Position numbers and translations under genes: made by a program. This document shows positions 12,125-25,943 of a DNA stretch of 64,000 bases, piece by piece. The DNA comes from Felis catus. Taxonomy: Eukaryota. Under the pieces are notes generated by a model. It made no database searches. It was not told the DNA's origin and was given only the letters and a program-made list of their open reading frames with translations. The first letter of the stretch is position 1. Each line of letters begins with the position of its first letter. The stretch covers positions 1,922,001 to 1,986,000 of the forward strand of contig NC_058383.1 in assembly GCF_018350175.1 (NCBI RefSeq), given 5' to 3'.

Positions 12125-12981
12125 GTCTCACTCTCTGCAAAAATAAACATTTACAAAAAAATTTTTAAAAAGAAAGAAAGAAACACACTCGGATCGCTGG
12201 GTTGAACCCCCAGAGTCTAGGGTAGGGACTGAGTCTCCAACAAGCGTCCAGAGGCCCCAGTCTGAGAACCGCTGTCAGAGGACGAGCGGAAGAAGGACCT
12301 CAGGGCCGCGCCTAGACCCACGGCCCAGACCGGACACAGACCAGGGGTTCGTATGTGCTGCCACCTTGTTCTGCTCACTCATCAGAGACAGCAGCGACAG
12401 CAGCGTTCCAGGTGACGGCTCTTCCTCCAAAGTTACAGGGAACGGACCCAGCAGGAGTCCTCGATTTTCAACAGCGACACTCCTCCTCAGGCTCACCCTC
12501 AAAAACTGCTCTAAGCTACTGTGTTCTTCTGAAATTCGGCTGTTCCCAGGAAACAGAAGCGACACTGTCCAGGTCCTCATGGTGGCCATGGCCTCACGAC
12601 AGAGAGCTCGGTGGCCAGGTGGCCAGGGAACACCAGGGACACCCGTGTGCAGCACACAGTCCTTCAAGAATGGGCCCTAACTCGAGCCCAAACATACAGA
12701 GGCTGTCACAGCCTCGGTTTTGCTACCCTTCAGACGCAGTTTTCTTTCAAGAACGTTTCACGTACCATTACGCTATCTTATTCGAAACGTTTATTTATTT
12801 CGAGGGAGAGAAAGAGCGAGCACAGGAGAGAGGGGCAGAGAGAGAGACAGAGAGAGAGAATCCGAAGCAGGCTCTGAGCCGTCAGCACAGAGCCCAGGAC
12901 AGGGCTTGAACTCACAAACCGTGAGATCACGACCTGAGCCGAAATCAAGAGTCAGACACTCAACCAACTGAGCCGCCCAGG
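11942..12981. mobile_element. SINEC 11942-12180 (+, TSD aagaaacacactcgg) and SINEC 12780-12981 (-), with unique/MER5-like sequence between
   Basis: Canonical SINEC motifs. Confidence 0.85.
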
Positions 12982-13559
12982 CTTTTAAATACAGAAAACC
13001 CCCCACCCCCACCATCTGTACACATCGTGTTCACTTTGCACGTGCTCTCCGCGTGCACAGGGATCAACAGACACACAGGCAGTTTCTTAAATACAAAGTG
13101 TGTTTCCATGTGTGTACACGACATTTCTTTCAAATTTTCTGTAAACGCAAAAACCTTAGCCATTCACACAACATAATCACCATGAACATGGTTTTCCCTT
13201 CAATCTGTGTTCCTACATACATTTAAATGCACTTACGTTTGTTTTCGTCGTGAAACATTTCAAACAGACGTAAAAGTACAGAAAATATTATATTCCGTGT
13301 ATCTACCATGGAGATTTCGTAACATTGTATCATATTTTTTCTGAAAAAAAATTTAAATACAAAACACACGTCACAGATGCACACCCACCCTGGCCCCCTT
13401 TCCTATTTGAAGGTGACCACTGTCCTAGAGTGGAGGGATATCCATTCCAGGCAGGTCTTTGTGCTTTCCACGTGTCCATAAGTGTCTGTAAAGTGCATGC
13501 AAGTATTGTATTTTGTCATGTACAACAGACACATTTTTTTTTTCCTGGTTTATACTGTA

Positions 13560-14100
13560 ACAGAGCACGAGAACAGAAGAGTGTACCTATCAAATCTGTT
13601 CAAGTCAATGAACCGGCATAGCATCGGGGCAGCACCCACATAGAGAAACGGGACACACGACCGCTCCCTTTCGGCCACTCCCCCCCCAACGGTGCCAGCC
13701 ACCTTCTAACCCACGCATTATTTCTGTCTGTGGTTACACCATATACACGGAATCAATCCATAAGTTCCCGTTTCTGACTCCTTCCACTCAGCACAACGTG
13801 CAAGGCCCATACATGTCACCGCACGCAGCTGTCATTGCTACAGACCCCGCTGCGTGATCGGGCCACGATCGACCTATTGATCGTGCTGCTGGACACCTGG
13901 GTAGTTCCCAGGGTTTTCCTATTACACACGGTGCTGCTATGAACACTTAGCACACGTCCTTTGGTGGACACATACCCCTCACTTCTGTTGGGTATGTTCC
14001 TTAAAGTTCCTGGATCCTGGGATTTCTTACGTCCGGCTTAGCAAATATTTCCCGTTTTCCAAAATGACTGACCCACGTCACACTGCCATCAGCAGGAGGC
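13560..14100 (-). mobile_element. Old L1ME-like 3' fragment (minus strand)
   Basis: ccttccactcagcacaacgtg...ggacacctgggtagttcccag...tgctgctatgaacac...ttctgttgggtatgttcct, the reverse complement of the L1 ORF2 end/3' UTR. Confidence 0.65.
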
Positions 14101-14929
14101 CCAGCTGCCTCACGCAGTGCCCCCCTACCCAGTGTTTTCCCTGTGTCCCCCTCACCACTTGATAGGGTCTGTGTCTAACACAGTGGCCGCGAAGTCAAAA
14201 TTTCATCTTGAATTTTTTCCACTTACTTTACAACCGTTCTGTATTCCTAAAAACGTACTGTTACCTGTAACGATTGCATCACATCTCAGGTATGCAACTA
14301 AACGTCACGTAGCCCTTCTCCCATGAGATGTTTCCTGCTATTGTCAACAGCGTGAAGAACAGCCCTATTCACAAAACATTCCGCTGTGGGTTTTTTTACT
14401 CTATCCTTAGCATCAATTCCTAGAGAATTGCCACATTATTTCCTGCTAATGGACACTTCCCTGGATGGCTTTTGTACACAGACACATGTTGAGTAAGACT
14501 TTCTTCAGAAACCCTCTTTGGAGCGTTACTGCAGTGATCTTGGTAATCTAAAAGATGTACCAAAAAATAAATAAAGATGTATCATAGTAGCATTAAAAAA
14601 GAGAAAACTAAAATTTGACCTTCCCGCCTGCGATTAGAACGGCAATCACCGAGGGGAAGGGATCGTAATGCAGTTTCCTCAAATCCACCACTGCCCCCCA
14701 AAATGTTCTTTTCTCCTTTCTCAGCCAGGAGACGCATGTCCTGCTGCCCCCTCCACTCGCCTCTCTTCAGCCCTGGCAGGCACCCGCCGGTGAGAGCCTG
14801 GGCACTGCTCCAGGGCCCTCGTACTGGGGACGCCCTTTCCGCAACTATCCGCAGACCAACTCCTTCACCTCCTTTGAACTGTGGCTCAAACACCACTTTC
14901 TCACGGCAGGTACTCGGTGCCAACTGCAT

Positions 14930-15120
14930 CCCCTCCGCCCCCCACATGCTAACATGGGTCACTGGCTCATTATGTCCGAGGAGTGTCCACCACCCACTAT
15001 AAGACCATCAACTCCGGGACAAGAGGCTTCCTTATTCTGTCCACGCTTAGGATCCCCACAGTCGAGAAGAGCCCCCAGCACATAGTAGGTGCTCAGTAAA
15101 ACCATTTGCCGACTGCATGA
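14930..15120 (+). mobile_element. L2 3' end fragment
   Basis: ataagaccatcaact...cccagcacatagtaggtgctcagtaaaaccatttg. Confidence 0.65.
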
Positions 15121-15899
15121 AAGGCGCCAAAGTCACACAGACAGGAAAGCCACAGAGAGTCACCAAGGCCTGCTATGCTTTCCCAGGCGGGGTGACAACC
15201 TCTTGCCCATTCCGCACCAACAGATCCCAGTAAGGTCTTGCCGGTGACAGGAACCGTGCCTCGGTGAACCACAGCCAGAGGCAAAAGCCGGTAACACAGA
15301 GGAGGCTCTCAACGATGCCGCCGCCCCGGGCGAGCCCTGAGCAGGGGCAGCTCCCCACCTCCACCACAGCCCCTCGGCCAATCCACAGCTATATCTACTT
15401 TTCCCCAAAAGAACGTAAGGCAAAACCCCCGACTAAAGCCATAACGCGCCATCTGGCTCGTCAACCAACACAACAAAGAAAGGCTTTCCTCTTCCTGCAA
15501 CAGTTTGAGTGTTTTTACCTTGAAACAAAGTAAAAATAAACCACCTCTCCAGGTCCCTCCAAGTCCTCTGGAACTTCTTCACCGAGAATTTCTGAGCTGA
15601 ATCCTCTCCAAATCTCAGTTCAAACACTACTGCAACGGTGAAGTGTTTGCTAAGCCCTGTGCGAGCGCGAGTCCAGCGAGCCTCGCTACTCTCCAACTTC
15701 CGCCTCCTCGCTGACCTGCCTCAGTGTCTCGTCCGTGGGCTTCTCACACACCAGAACATTCACCCCAGCCCGGTTCAGGGAGCTCTGGCTCCCCGACGCT
15801 GCCCGGCATGGGGATGGCACACAGCACATGCACAACTGGTTTCCAAGGGCCAAAGAATGAGCCAGATCCCCTCCCTCACACCACACGCGGTAACTAAAG

Positions 15900-17820
15900 G
15901 TCCATGTTAAAAGCGCTAAAACTCCAAAACACTTGGCAGAAAATATAAAAACATATCTTTGTGGCCCTGGGTTAGACAAAGTCATGAGTCATGACACCAA
16001 AAATACAGACAACAGAAAAACAGAATAGGTCAACGGGACTTCATCAAAATTAAAGACCGTCGTGCTGCAAGACATCATCGAGACATCGAAAAGACAGCCC
16101 ACAGAATGGCAGAAAATACGGATGAATCATGGATCTGATTAGGGGCTTGTGTCCAAAATATACAAAGAAATTCTGAAAATACAAATTAAAAAAAAAAAAG
16201 ACAAATTATCTCATTTTAAAAACAGGCAAAGTGGGGCACCTGGGTGGCTCAGTCGGTAAGCATCCGACTTCAGCTCAGGTCATGATCTTGCAGTTTGTGA
16301 GTTCGAGCCCCGCGTCAGGCTCTGTGCTGACAGCTCGGAGCCTGGAGCCTGCTTACGATTCTGTGTCTCCCTCTCTCTGCCCCTGCCCCTCTCAAGCCTG
16401 CATGCTCGCTCTCCCAAATATAAATAAACGTTAAAATTTTTTTAAATAATAAAATTAAAATTAAGAATGAGCAAAGGATAGGCGCCTGCTGGCTCCGTTA
16501 AGTGTCTGACTCTTGATTTCAGCTCAGATCATGATCTCAGATTGTGAGATCGAACCCCACATCAGGCTCCGCACTGACAGGGAGAGAAGTGTGCTTGGGA
16601 TCCTCCCTTTCCCTCTCTCTCTGCCTCTCCCCTACCCCCCCCCCCAAAAAATAAACATTTTTTTAAGAAATTGGCAAAGAGGGGCGCTCGGCTGGTTAAG
16701 CATCCAACTTCAGCTCAGGTCAAGATCTCGTGGTTGTGAGTTTGAGCCTCGCACCAGACTCTGTGCTGACAGCTCAGAGCCTGGAGCCTGCTTCGGATTC
16801 TGTGTCTCCCTCTCTGTCTACCCTCTCTCTCTCTCTCTCAAAAATAAACATTAAAAAAAAATTTATTTAATAAAAGTGGGCAAAAGATGTGAATAAACAT
16901 TTCTCACCAAAAGATGTACGAAAAGCCAATGAGCACGTGAAAAGATGCCCAGCCACAATGAGATTCCATTTCATACCCACACGGAAGGCTACAGTCGAAA
17001 AGACAAGCACAGGGCCTGGGCGGCTCAGTCGGTTAAGCGTCTGACTCTTAGTTTCGGCTCAGGCGGTGATCTCACGGTTCGTGAGTTCGAGCCCTGCGTC
17101 AGGCTCTACGCGGGCAGTGCAGAGACTGCTTGGGATTCTCTCTCTCCCTCTCTCTCTGCCCCATTGCCACTCATGCTCTCTCTCTCAAAATAAATAAAAC
17201 TTTTTTAAAAATTAAAAAAAAATACAGGCAATAACAAGTGTTGGTGAGGACACGGAGAAACGGGAGCCCTTGTACTTACAGGAAAACAGTCCAGCAACTC
17301 CTCAGAAGGTTAAATTCCACTGCCAGTATATCACCCAAGAGAAATGACAAGCACGTCCACACCAAAACTTGTGTGGGAACTCACAGCGGCATTGCTCATA
17401 ATGGCCAAAACGTGGAAACAGCCCAATGTCCACCAAGTGATGAAGGGGTAAGTAAAATACAGAGTCTTAATACAACGGAAGACTATTCGGCCGTTAAAAG
17501 CAACAGCGCACGTGCTACAGCACGGATGACCCTCGACGCGATGCAAAACGAAAGCAGCCAGACGCAGAAGGACACAGGACGCGCGGTTCGACCTGTAGGA
17601 CATTCCAGAAGAGGCAAATCTACAGAGAGGAATAGTTGCCCAGGCCAGGGGGAAAGGGGACTGAAGCGTGAACCTGACCACCAGTGGGTGTAGGCTTTCT
17701 TCCAGGGGAGAGGAGAACGCTCTAAAATGATGTCGGTGGCTGCACAATTCTGTTAATTGTGTCCTTCAAATGGGAGAATTATGTGGTATGTGGATTAGAG
17801 CTCAATAAGGCTGTTAAAAA
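15900..17820 (+). mobile_element. L1M ORF2 end / 3' UTR interrupted by four SINECs (16232-16450, 16480-16670, 16681-16870, 17012-17225, all +)
   Basis: gggacttcatcaaaattaaag...aaaagacagcccacagaatggcagaaaata...gtggaaacagcccaatgtccacc...ctcaataaggctgttaaaaa. SINE heads ggggc(a/g)cctgggtggctcag with (ct)n and A tails. Confidence 0.8.
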
Positions 17821-18539
17821 TGTTTTACGAATTCCCTGTCGTCTCCCCAGTTCTTGTGCAAACGACTTTCCCGCGCCGGCAATGGGCCCGGAGCACAGCC
17901 GGCCTGCGATCTTGAGCGAAGACGTCTACCGAGAAGGGGGAAGATCATCTACGTGAGAAACCCTCTGGCTGTTCCTGGCACAAGCAAAAAAGCCTAGCTG
18001 GTGTCGGTGCCACGGAAACTTCCAGTGGGCCCCTGGGGTCCGGGTCATCCCTGTGGCTACGAAGCTGCACGTCAGAACTGGAAGCAGCCACTGAATGCTG
18101 AGAACAACCGAAGCTGCCCTTAGAAAGGGTGTCTCCCACCCCTCACTCTACCCACAAATTCAAAGGCAGGGATGGACCTGGCCATCTGGACGGCCGCGTG
18201 CGTTGCCGACCACCATTCCGGCAAGGGCCCTTCCCAACGAAACCTCTTTGCGTGGGGGACTCGCGGAACCTCTACATCATCTCTCTTTAGTCCTAGAAAA
18301 CCCTTCAAGTAGGCACCGTGGTCCCATTTACCAGACGTGAAAGCAAGGCTCTAGCAGCACAGCCTGGCGAGGTCTGTGCTGTGACCCGCCAAGGTCACAG
18401 CGCTGGCGAGCAGCTAAGCGGTGGGGCCTGAACCTGTACAGGTTACGTGACGACACCCGATCCCGTATTCCCTCCCTGACTCATGGGGAGAGGAGCCAGG
18501 ACAGGCACACCCCATGCCTGGGGCCAGAGGTCAGATGGT

Positions 18540-18712
18540 GTCCACGCAAACCCCTGACTCCTCTGTGACCGCGAACAGACAGCTCACCTCGCTGCACTCA
18601 GTTTTCTCATCTCTAAGACGGGAACGGTACCATCTTCAACACTGTTCAGCTGCAAGAAGTTTGTGTTAAAGAAAATATGTCAAAGCATCTAGCACAGTGC
18701 CTGGTGCCCAAG
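18540..18712 (+). mobile_element. MIR fragment
   Basis: ctgtgacc...ctcagttttctcatctctaagacggg...aaagcatctagcacagtgcctgg (MIR core). Other weak MIR pieces near 18310, 20460, 26480, 31070, 48440 and 56960. Confidence 0.6.
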
Positions 18713-20731
18713 CTTTTCTTCTCCAAAGGACCGGCAGGCCAGAGGCCAGACACGAACTTCCAGATCACAGATCGAATGAACCGGAGGCCCGGCGTTCTCA
18801 CTGCCTCAAGCGCGGGTCGCGCACCACAACGACGGCATCTTGCTCTGGTCAAGACCCGAACAGATCGCGGGTTGTCCCTGGGAGCTCAAAGACACGTGTG
18901 AACCACTTGCACACAAACGAGACGGTTGCAACCTATGAGTGGCTACTCCTTTCCGAGGGCAACGCAAGAGACCAAACCACAGAGGGGGGAAAAGATCATG
19001 GGTCTGTCTCCTGAAGACATCACAAAACTGAAGCTGAGGGCCAAAAACAGTCACCTATCAGATGATTTCCTGTCTCAAACTGGAGCGAGAGGAACCGGCA
19101 CGGAGGCCACCAGATCTCTGCTTCTCCACGAATCTTTCCAAACACGCTCCTGAGAGGGCCCCGGTCAAGTTGGGTGTATTCCTCAAAAAACCTCTTCGGT
19201 CTCTCACTTTCAGAATGTTTATCTGTGGGAAGGCCTGGTGATTTTTTTCCAGAGTTCAAAAGCAGCACTCTTTTAGCTAATAGTAATTTGGAGAATCTTG
19301 GAGTAACTTACAAAATAGGAGTCCAATTCCAAAAAGAATCATGATCTCTCTCTGGAACCAAATTCAATCTGTTGGGAGACTGTTCTTGGTTTAAACCCTC
19401 ACCCTGGGTCTGACTGGTTCAGTCTGAAAGTGACTCAGGTTTTCTAGGATCTGTTGCCGTGAAAGTGAAAATATTCCAACATATCTAGCAGGACCGAGTG
19501 TGCTCTATCTCAGTCAAGGCTACACAGAGAGCCTGCATTCACAGCCAAATTAGGCCCCACTAATAAAATTCCAAGCAGTCACTGGCATTGGAAACCAAGT
19601 GAGATACAATTAAATCCATTTGAACAAACCCCCACTGGTCTACGGAAGGAATCACAAAAAATAAGACAAGCCATGCAGCGGCCTGCAGGGTAGAGGACCC
19701 GGAATGCCATTAATCAGCCAGGGACAGGAACGCCCCGGAAATTGGCATGGACAAATTAGGGACCGTGAAAAATGCCACAGTAAGAGAAACACGTAGTCGG
19801 TCCTGCCTCCACAGCCAAGTTGCGCTGAATCTGGAGGTCTCATCTCCCACGCAGAGAAGGCTGGACCGTCCTCTGGTGTCTGCAACCCAAAGACTGCGAA
19901 TGGGTCAGCCAGGATAATCCCAACACCTTCATTAGACGAGGGAACTCGGCCTGTGCTTGGCAGAATGTGTTTCCGGGTGCTGTCACATTCTCTCTCCAGG
20001 AAACCTATGCTCCAGTCGACCCGCGGCTCCCCAGACTGAACCGGATGGCTCTGGCAGACGCGGTGCAGAGCTGAGACCCGCGCGCAAACCACGCAAGTGA
20101 CCGTTCTGCCTCCAACGACTGTAGCGCACACACACTTTCCGGACTGCCAGGCTCTCTGTTCGGCCCATCGCGCCGTGTCAAGTGCACCCCCTTTCTGAAA
20201 AGAGAGAGGCTAACATCTCACAGTGGTCTGCGGTGGCCATTTTCAGGACAGCCACACGGAAACATCTCGCCGTACATGAAACCTTCAGAAGAGGGAAAGT
20301 TCGAGGTCTGGGAACGGCTGGCAAAGCGAACTTAAGGGAAGCGCATGGAAGGCGGCCTGCGTAGACGGTAGCCAAGAGGTTACGTCTGCCGCTTCCGAAC
20401 GGGAGCCCCACGCTTGCCGGGGTGTGAATCCCACTCTCCGGTCATGGGTGAGCGATGGGACTGCTGCCGCCTCAGTTTCCCCATCTGTAAAGTGGGGTTC
20501 ATAGACTACTGACTTTGCAGGATGTCCGTGAGGAGGAAGGCACCTCCTACAGGAAGCGCTCTGCCAGGCTTTGTCATCAATACAACGCATCCCCTGGTCG
20601 CCAAGAATGCCCTTTGTGGAGGTCTGCCAGGAGGAGGCAAAAGATGGGACACTTTCCACTCGTAACACAGTGCATTTCAGGAAACACGCCCACTGCCACA
20701 CAAGCCAGCTCACCTCTCAACTTCTGCAGGC

Positions 20732-20965
20732 GGGGCGCCTGGGTGGCTCAGCCAGTTGAGCGTCCGACTTCAGCTCAGGTCATGATCTCACGGTTCGTGA
20801 GTTCGAGCCCCACGTCGGGCTCTGTGCTGACGGCTCGGGAGCCTGGAGCCCGCTTCAGACGCTGTGTCCCCCCCTCTCTGCCCCTCCCCCACTTGTGCGC
20901 AAGCTCGCTCTCTCACACATACACACACACTCTCTCAAAAATAAACATTAAAATAAAAAAAGAAA
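20732..20965 (+). mobile_element. SINEC
   Basis: ggggcgcctgggtggctcagccagttgagcgtccgacttcagctcaggtcatgatctcacggttcgtgagttcgagccc. Confidence 0.92.
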
Positions 20966-22434
20966 ACACCTAACCTTCTACAGGTACTCCGAGGAGCCTC
21001 CCGACTTCACTGTCCACCCTAAGAAGTAAGAACGGTGGTACACGAGACACCCTGAGATAAAGAACTGCACACACACACTTTCCCCACACTCTGAAGAGCT
21101 GAAGATGCAAAAACCAGGCAGTGAGTGGCATTTCGTGGGAGCTGGGAGGTGCAATTACGGTCCCAAAGGCAATTAACAGTGCGAAGTCACGACTATCACC
21201 TGACCCTCCTTTACAGAAGATGGCCTTTGCCGTCTCCATCATGGAGATACTGTTAACAGCAGGTGAGGTCCCCTGACATCCCTCCTGCCACGACACCTGC
21301 CCGTGGCCGTCAGGTCTGGGTCCTGCTGGTCCCCGGGGCCACCGAAACAGCTGGGCTCACCCGCGCCAACTGTATTCAGACACAGACACCAGAAACAGCG
21401 GCAGCCAGGAGACCGTCCTGCTGATTCGCTGCAAGGTTGGCCATTAGGAGTGGACAAGGATACGATGAAACGCGTATTTCACCATAAACATACTTCCAAT
21501 GTTAACTAGAGAGTAGAAAACAAGGGAGGTCAGAATGCCTACAAAACTGTTTTAAAACAAGACCCCTTGCGCCCACCTCTGCCTGGCAAACTGCAGATCG
21601 TTAGCAGGGGCACTTGACATCTTGGGATCTTGGGTTTTCCCTCCACATTTTCTACAGTGAAGCAGATAACATGCACAGAGAAAGGGCTGTAATGTCTATG
21701 GACAGTTTAACAAAATTATATCTCAAACACACATCCAGGTCGAAAATTAAAAAGCCCACCTTGTCCAGTAAACACTTTAGGTCAAACCCCTTTTCTCCTA
21801 ACAGAGGCGACCACCACCTACTTTTCATGATATCTTCCTTGCCTTTCATTGATAGTTTTATAACCTGCGGCAGCGGCAGCATCCCCACACAAGAGTCTAA
21901 TTCTGCATGTTTTGTAACTTGACTGAAACTGGAGTCACCGGTGTACGTTTTCTCGGGCCTCTCTGGACATTCTCAGGGGAGGGTGGGGGGACTCAGGTCT
22001 CACATCTGCAAAGATCCCTGAACAGGTCACCCAAGGGCATCCCCCCCCCCCCCCCGTTCTCAAAGTCCAATAACCGAGGTTACTGAAACCCTAATCCGAC
22101 AGGAAAGTCTGATAACAAAGATCACCTCTGAGGTGGGAACGGGCAGAGCGGGAGAGACCAAGCACAAGCAGGAGGGCAAGGTTAACACTGGTTCGATTTA
22201 AAGAATCATTTTCTGAAAAACACGTGGCAAGAGGATCTTTAACACAAATCGTATGACGTTAGCACTGCAGAAGCACGAACCGAGAGCCTGACGCAGTACC
22301 GTGCCGGCATTAAGTAGAGAATTACGAAGACTATTTTCAACAGTGTAGAAAAATGTTGAGTGGAAAGGCTAGGCCGTAAAGCGTAAATGCACTAGGAAGA
22401 CGTAAAAAGCATATGCGCGGGAAGAAGGAAGTCA

Positions 22435-22773
22435 CAGCTGACCCTCAAGCAACATGGGGGTTAGGGGCGCCAACCCTACCCCCTGCAAAGTGGAAAATCA
22501 ATGTAGAACTTTTGACTCCCCAAGAACTTAACCGCTAACAGCCAGATGTTGACTGGAAGCCCTACCAGTAAGTAATAAAAGATCAATTAATACATAGTTT
22601 GTGTGTGTGTTCTATACCACAACCTTCCAATAAAATCAGCTAGAGAAAAAAAAATGTTAGGAAAATCATAACACAAAATACACTTACCGTACCGCACCAT
22701 ACTGATCAAAAAAAAAACCCCACGTACAAGTGGATCCGCGTAGTTCCCACTTGTGTCGTTCAAAAGTCAAGCG
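22435..22773. mobile_element. Tigger2a-like non-autonomous DNA transposon
   Basis: Starts cagctgaccctcaagcaacatgggggttaggggcgcc and ends gtgtcgttcaaaagtcaagcg|ta, resembling the CAGTTGACCCTTGAACAAC TIRs of the Tigger2 family. Confidence 0.8.
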
Positions 22774-22786
22774 TATGCTAAAATGT

Positions 22787-23020
22787 AGGGGTGCCTGGGT
22801 GGCGCAGTCGGTTAAGCGTCCGACTTCAGCCAGGTCACGATCTCGCGGTCCGTGAGTTCAAGCCCCGCGTCGGGCTCTGGGCTGACACCTCAGAGCCTGG
22901 AGCCTGTTTCTGATTCTGTGTCTCCCTCTGTCTCTGCCCCTCCCCTGTTCATGCTCTGTCTCTGTCCCAAAAATAAATAAACGTTGAAAAAAAATTAAAA
23001 ATAAATAAATAAATAAATAA
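22787..23020 (+). mobile_element. Young SINEC_Fc-type copy
   Basis: gcgcagtcggttaagcgtccgacttcagccaggtcacgatctcgcggtcc diagnostic segment; TSD taaaatg(t/c)ag. Confidence 0.93.
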
Positions 23021-25077
23021 AATGCAGTGGTTGCATTGAAATGGTGGAACTGTGGCTGATTTCTCCGTTTATGAAACGTTTGTACTCGCAGTTACATTCC
23101 TGTACAACAACATCCTCCTCAAAGCGCAAATTCTCACACAACAATGCAGTTTCACTGGGTTGATTACAACTCATTCCTAAGACTTCTGGCAAACAAACTT
23201 TACCAACACAGATCATTTCTGAAAGATCCTCGGGAGGTCATGAAAACGTACTTCGCAGAGACAGTACCTAGCCACAAGTCTGGCCAGTCCACACCAAGCT
23301 TCCCTGGAATTAATCAAACGTCACGCAATTTCACTTCAACTCTGCTGAACACACAAACTCCAAACTGGTCAGGAGTACGACAAAACCCCACCCAACACCT
23401 GCTCCACTCCGACCACCCAGCCAGCGGGAACCATGAAGCGTGGCCGGAGTCCCCTATCACTCCAACGGCTCACAGCACGTGTGTACCTTGGGCCATCCCG
23501 AGCCCCCCGCGCTCCAGGGCACTTTCGTCCTGATTATTTTCACAAAGAACATCTATCCCCTTAAGTCTCGTTATGGTTTTTGAGTGATTCTATCATGAAA
23601 ACACTGCAGTCCTTCAGAGGGTAACGTGATCCGGAGCCCCGCTCACCAAGTACCCGGGGGGGTGCGGGCCTGTTCGCAGACAGGCCTCGCGGAGCCCCTG
23701 TCCCGACACTCACCACTCCAGGCTCCCCCCAGCAAGCAGCGTGGGCAAAACATCTCTGTTTGTGATGTCTTTTTCTTAGGAAGGAAAAAATAATACCAAA
23801 ACAGAATTCCCCCACCCGGAACACATCACTTTCTTGCTAACCACAAATTCTGGCAAAATCCGTTCTACATAATAGTGATTCAGTTAGTTCCTCTTTCTTC
23901 AAATTGACACATTTTACCTTGCAAATTGGGTATGTCTGTATGACAGAGAGTTGAAAGACCAAGGAAGCAAACTTAAATCATATTTCCACAGCTACCACTG
24001 TTAAACCAAGTTAAAATGTGACACTATCCTGAAAAAACGTATGATGAAAACGTAATTCTATTTAAACCTCTAAGCCTTTTCTGCATAGCAGATCTTATTC
24101 TAGATACTGGCATGTAAACAAAAATAAGTTTCTGCCTGTCGGGAGTTTACGATCAAAATGCGGGTAATGAAGGGGAGCAGGGTGGACAGGAAGGGTTGTT
24201 TTTTGTTTTTTTTTTTTCTGAATGTAGTCAGCACTTCGAGATAGAATTTAACCCACATGCATACATCTTAAGTGACAGCTCACTGAATTCTGACCAATGT
24301 ACGCCCAGAAAGCAGCAGGCGAGGGGTGGTGGCTGGGGCAGAGAGAGCAAGGAAAGGGCCCAGGCATGCAGAGAAGGTGGGGGCCGGTGCACAGGAGCGC
24401 CAATGATGAGCAGAGCTCAGGCATGACCCCAGAGAAAACCAGGAGACAAGTGGCTGGGAGCTTCCTAACCAAATGGAATGTCTGGAATGCCATCCACTGA
24501 GCCGCTCTAACAGAACTGAAGCCGATTCTCCCCTGGGCTAAAGACCAAGTTTAGGTCCATCGGACTGCAGGAGAGTGGGCCTGTGATACACAGCGGTCAT
24601 GCGTGTATATTTTTATCAGGGTATGATGCAACCTCAAAAAATCAAATTGCACAGTCAAGCATCTATCACATTCATCCGTTGCCATTCTCATTCTACGTCA
24701 CAGTTGCTGAGCTTTGTAGCCTCAAAAGAGGCCCTGAGATAAACTCTCATCCCGCACAGAGAGTAGAATGTTCCAATCAGACATTTTGCCAGTTACAATT
24801 TTACTGTACAAGCCACAAACGGCCTATGTTTAAAATGAAAAAAGAAATTCTACGATTCAACATGAAAAAAGATACACTCCTAACAAAATGGGCAAAAGAT
24901 ATGAACAGTGAGTTCAGAGAGGCCACGCAAGATGAAAACATGACAAGAAACTAAACTCCACTAACACTGGAGAAAATGGAAGTCAAACAAATATGAGACA
25001 CATTCTTAATTTTTGTAAATCTGAAGAGCTTAAAAAATGGTATTTAGTGTTGATGAGGTTATGAGGAAAGGGTGTGG

Positions 25078-25302
25078 TTTTTATTTTTTTTAATGTTTAT
25101 TTTTGAGAGAGAGAGAGAGGGAGGGAAAGAGACAGGCACACAGAGTGGGGGAGGGGCAGAGAGAGAGGGAGACACAGAATCCCAAGCAGGCTCCAGGCCC
25201 CAAGCTGTCAGCACAGAGCCCGACACAGGGCTCGATCCCACAAACCCTGACATCGTGACCTGAGCCGAAGTCGGACGCTTAACCGAGCCACCCAGGCGCC
25301 CC
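25078..25302 (-). mobile_element. SINEC
   Basis: tttatttttgagaga...gacacagaatcccaagcaggctccagg...gagccacccaggcgcccc. Confidence 0.92.
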
Positions 25303-25447
25303 TCAGGAAACGATGTTCTTAATAAAGCACGTTGCTGACTAAACTGGTGATAGGCACCACAGAGGACAACGCGTCACTACCTGTTAAAACAAAAGAGGTG
25401 CAAACCCTGTGACCCGGCAATTCCACTCCTACAGCATCTACTCACGG

Positions 25448-25943
25448 AAGGCAGGATAACGGCCCTCCCACCCGAAGGTGTCCACGACCTGACCCCTGGA
25501 AGCCGAATCTGTTGTTTCCGCAGAGAAGGGAAACTAAGGTAGCAGATGGAATTCAGGTTGCCAAGCCGCTGACCTTAAGATAGGGCACGGGCTGTGGACT
25601 ACCCAGGTGGGCCCAATGTAGTCCAGGGGTCCTTCAAAGGGAAAGAAGGAAACAACAAAAGGAGAACCAGAGAAATGACAGCGTGTGAAAGACGTGCTCA
25701 TGGCTGCTGGAGAAAGGGGACCATCGGCCAAGGAATGTGGGAGGCGTCTGCAAGCTAGAAAGGCCAGAAAATGGATTTTCCCCAGGGCCTCCAGAAGGAA
25801 CGCAGCCCTGCCCACACCTGGTTTTAGCCCAAGGAAACCGATTTTGGACTGCTGACCTCCAGATCTGGGAGATGATACATCTGTGCTGTTGAAGCCACCA
25901 TGTCTGCGGTGAATCGTTAGAGCTGCGCCAGAAAACTAATACA
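25448..25943 (+). mobile_element. MLT1D/E-like MaLR LTR
   Basis: ggcaggataacggccctccc...gctgaccttaagataggg...ccaggtgggcccaatgta...gggcctccagaaggaacgcagccctgcccacacc...gaaaactaataca. Confidence 0.8.

Noticed and set aside
19020..19311. 82-aa minus ORF and nearby GTAAGT donor-like site as a hidden SNX8 exon
   Set aside because: No recognisable protein similarity, no convincing paired acceptor, and exons 1 and 2 already join in frame.
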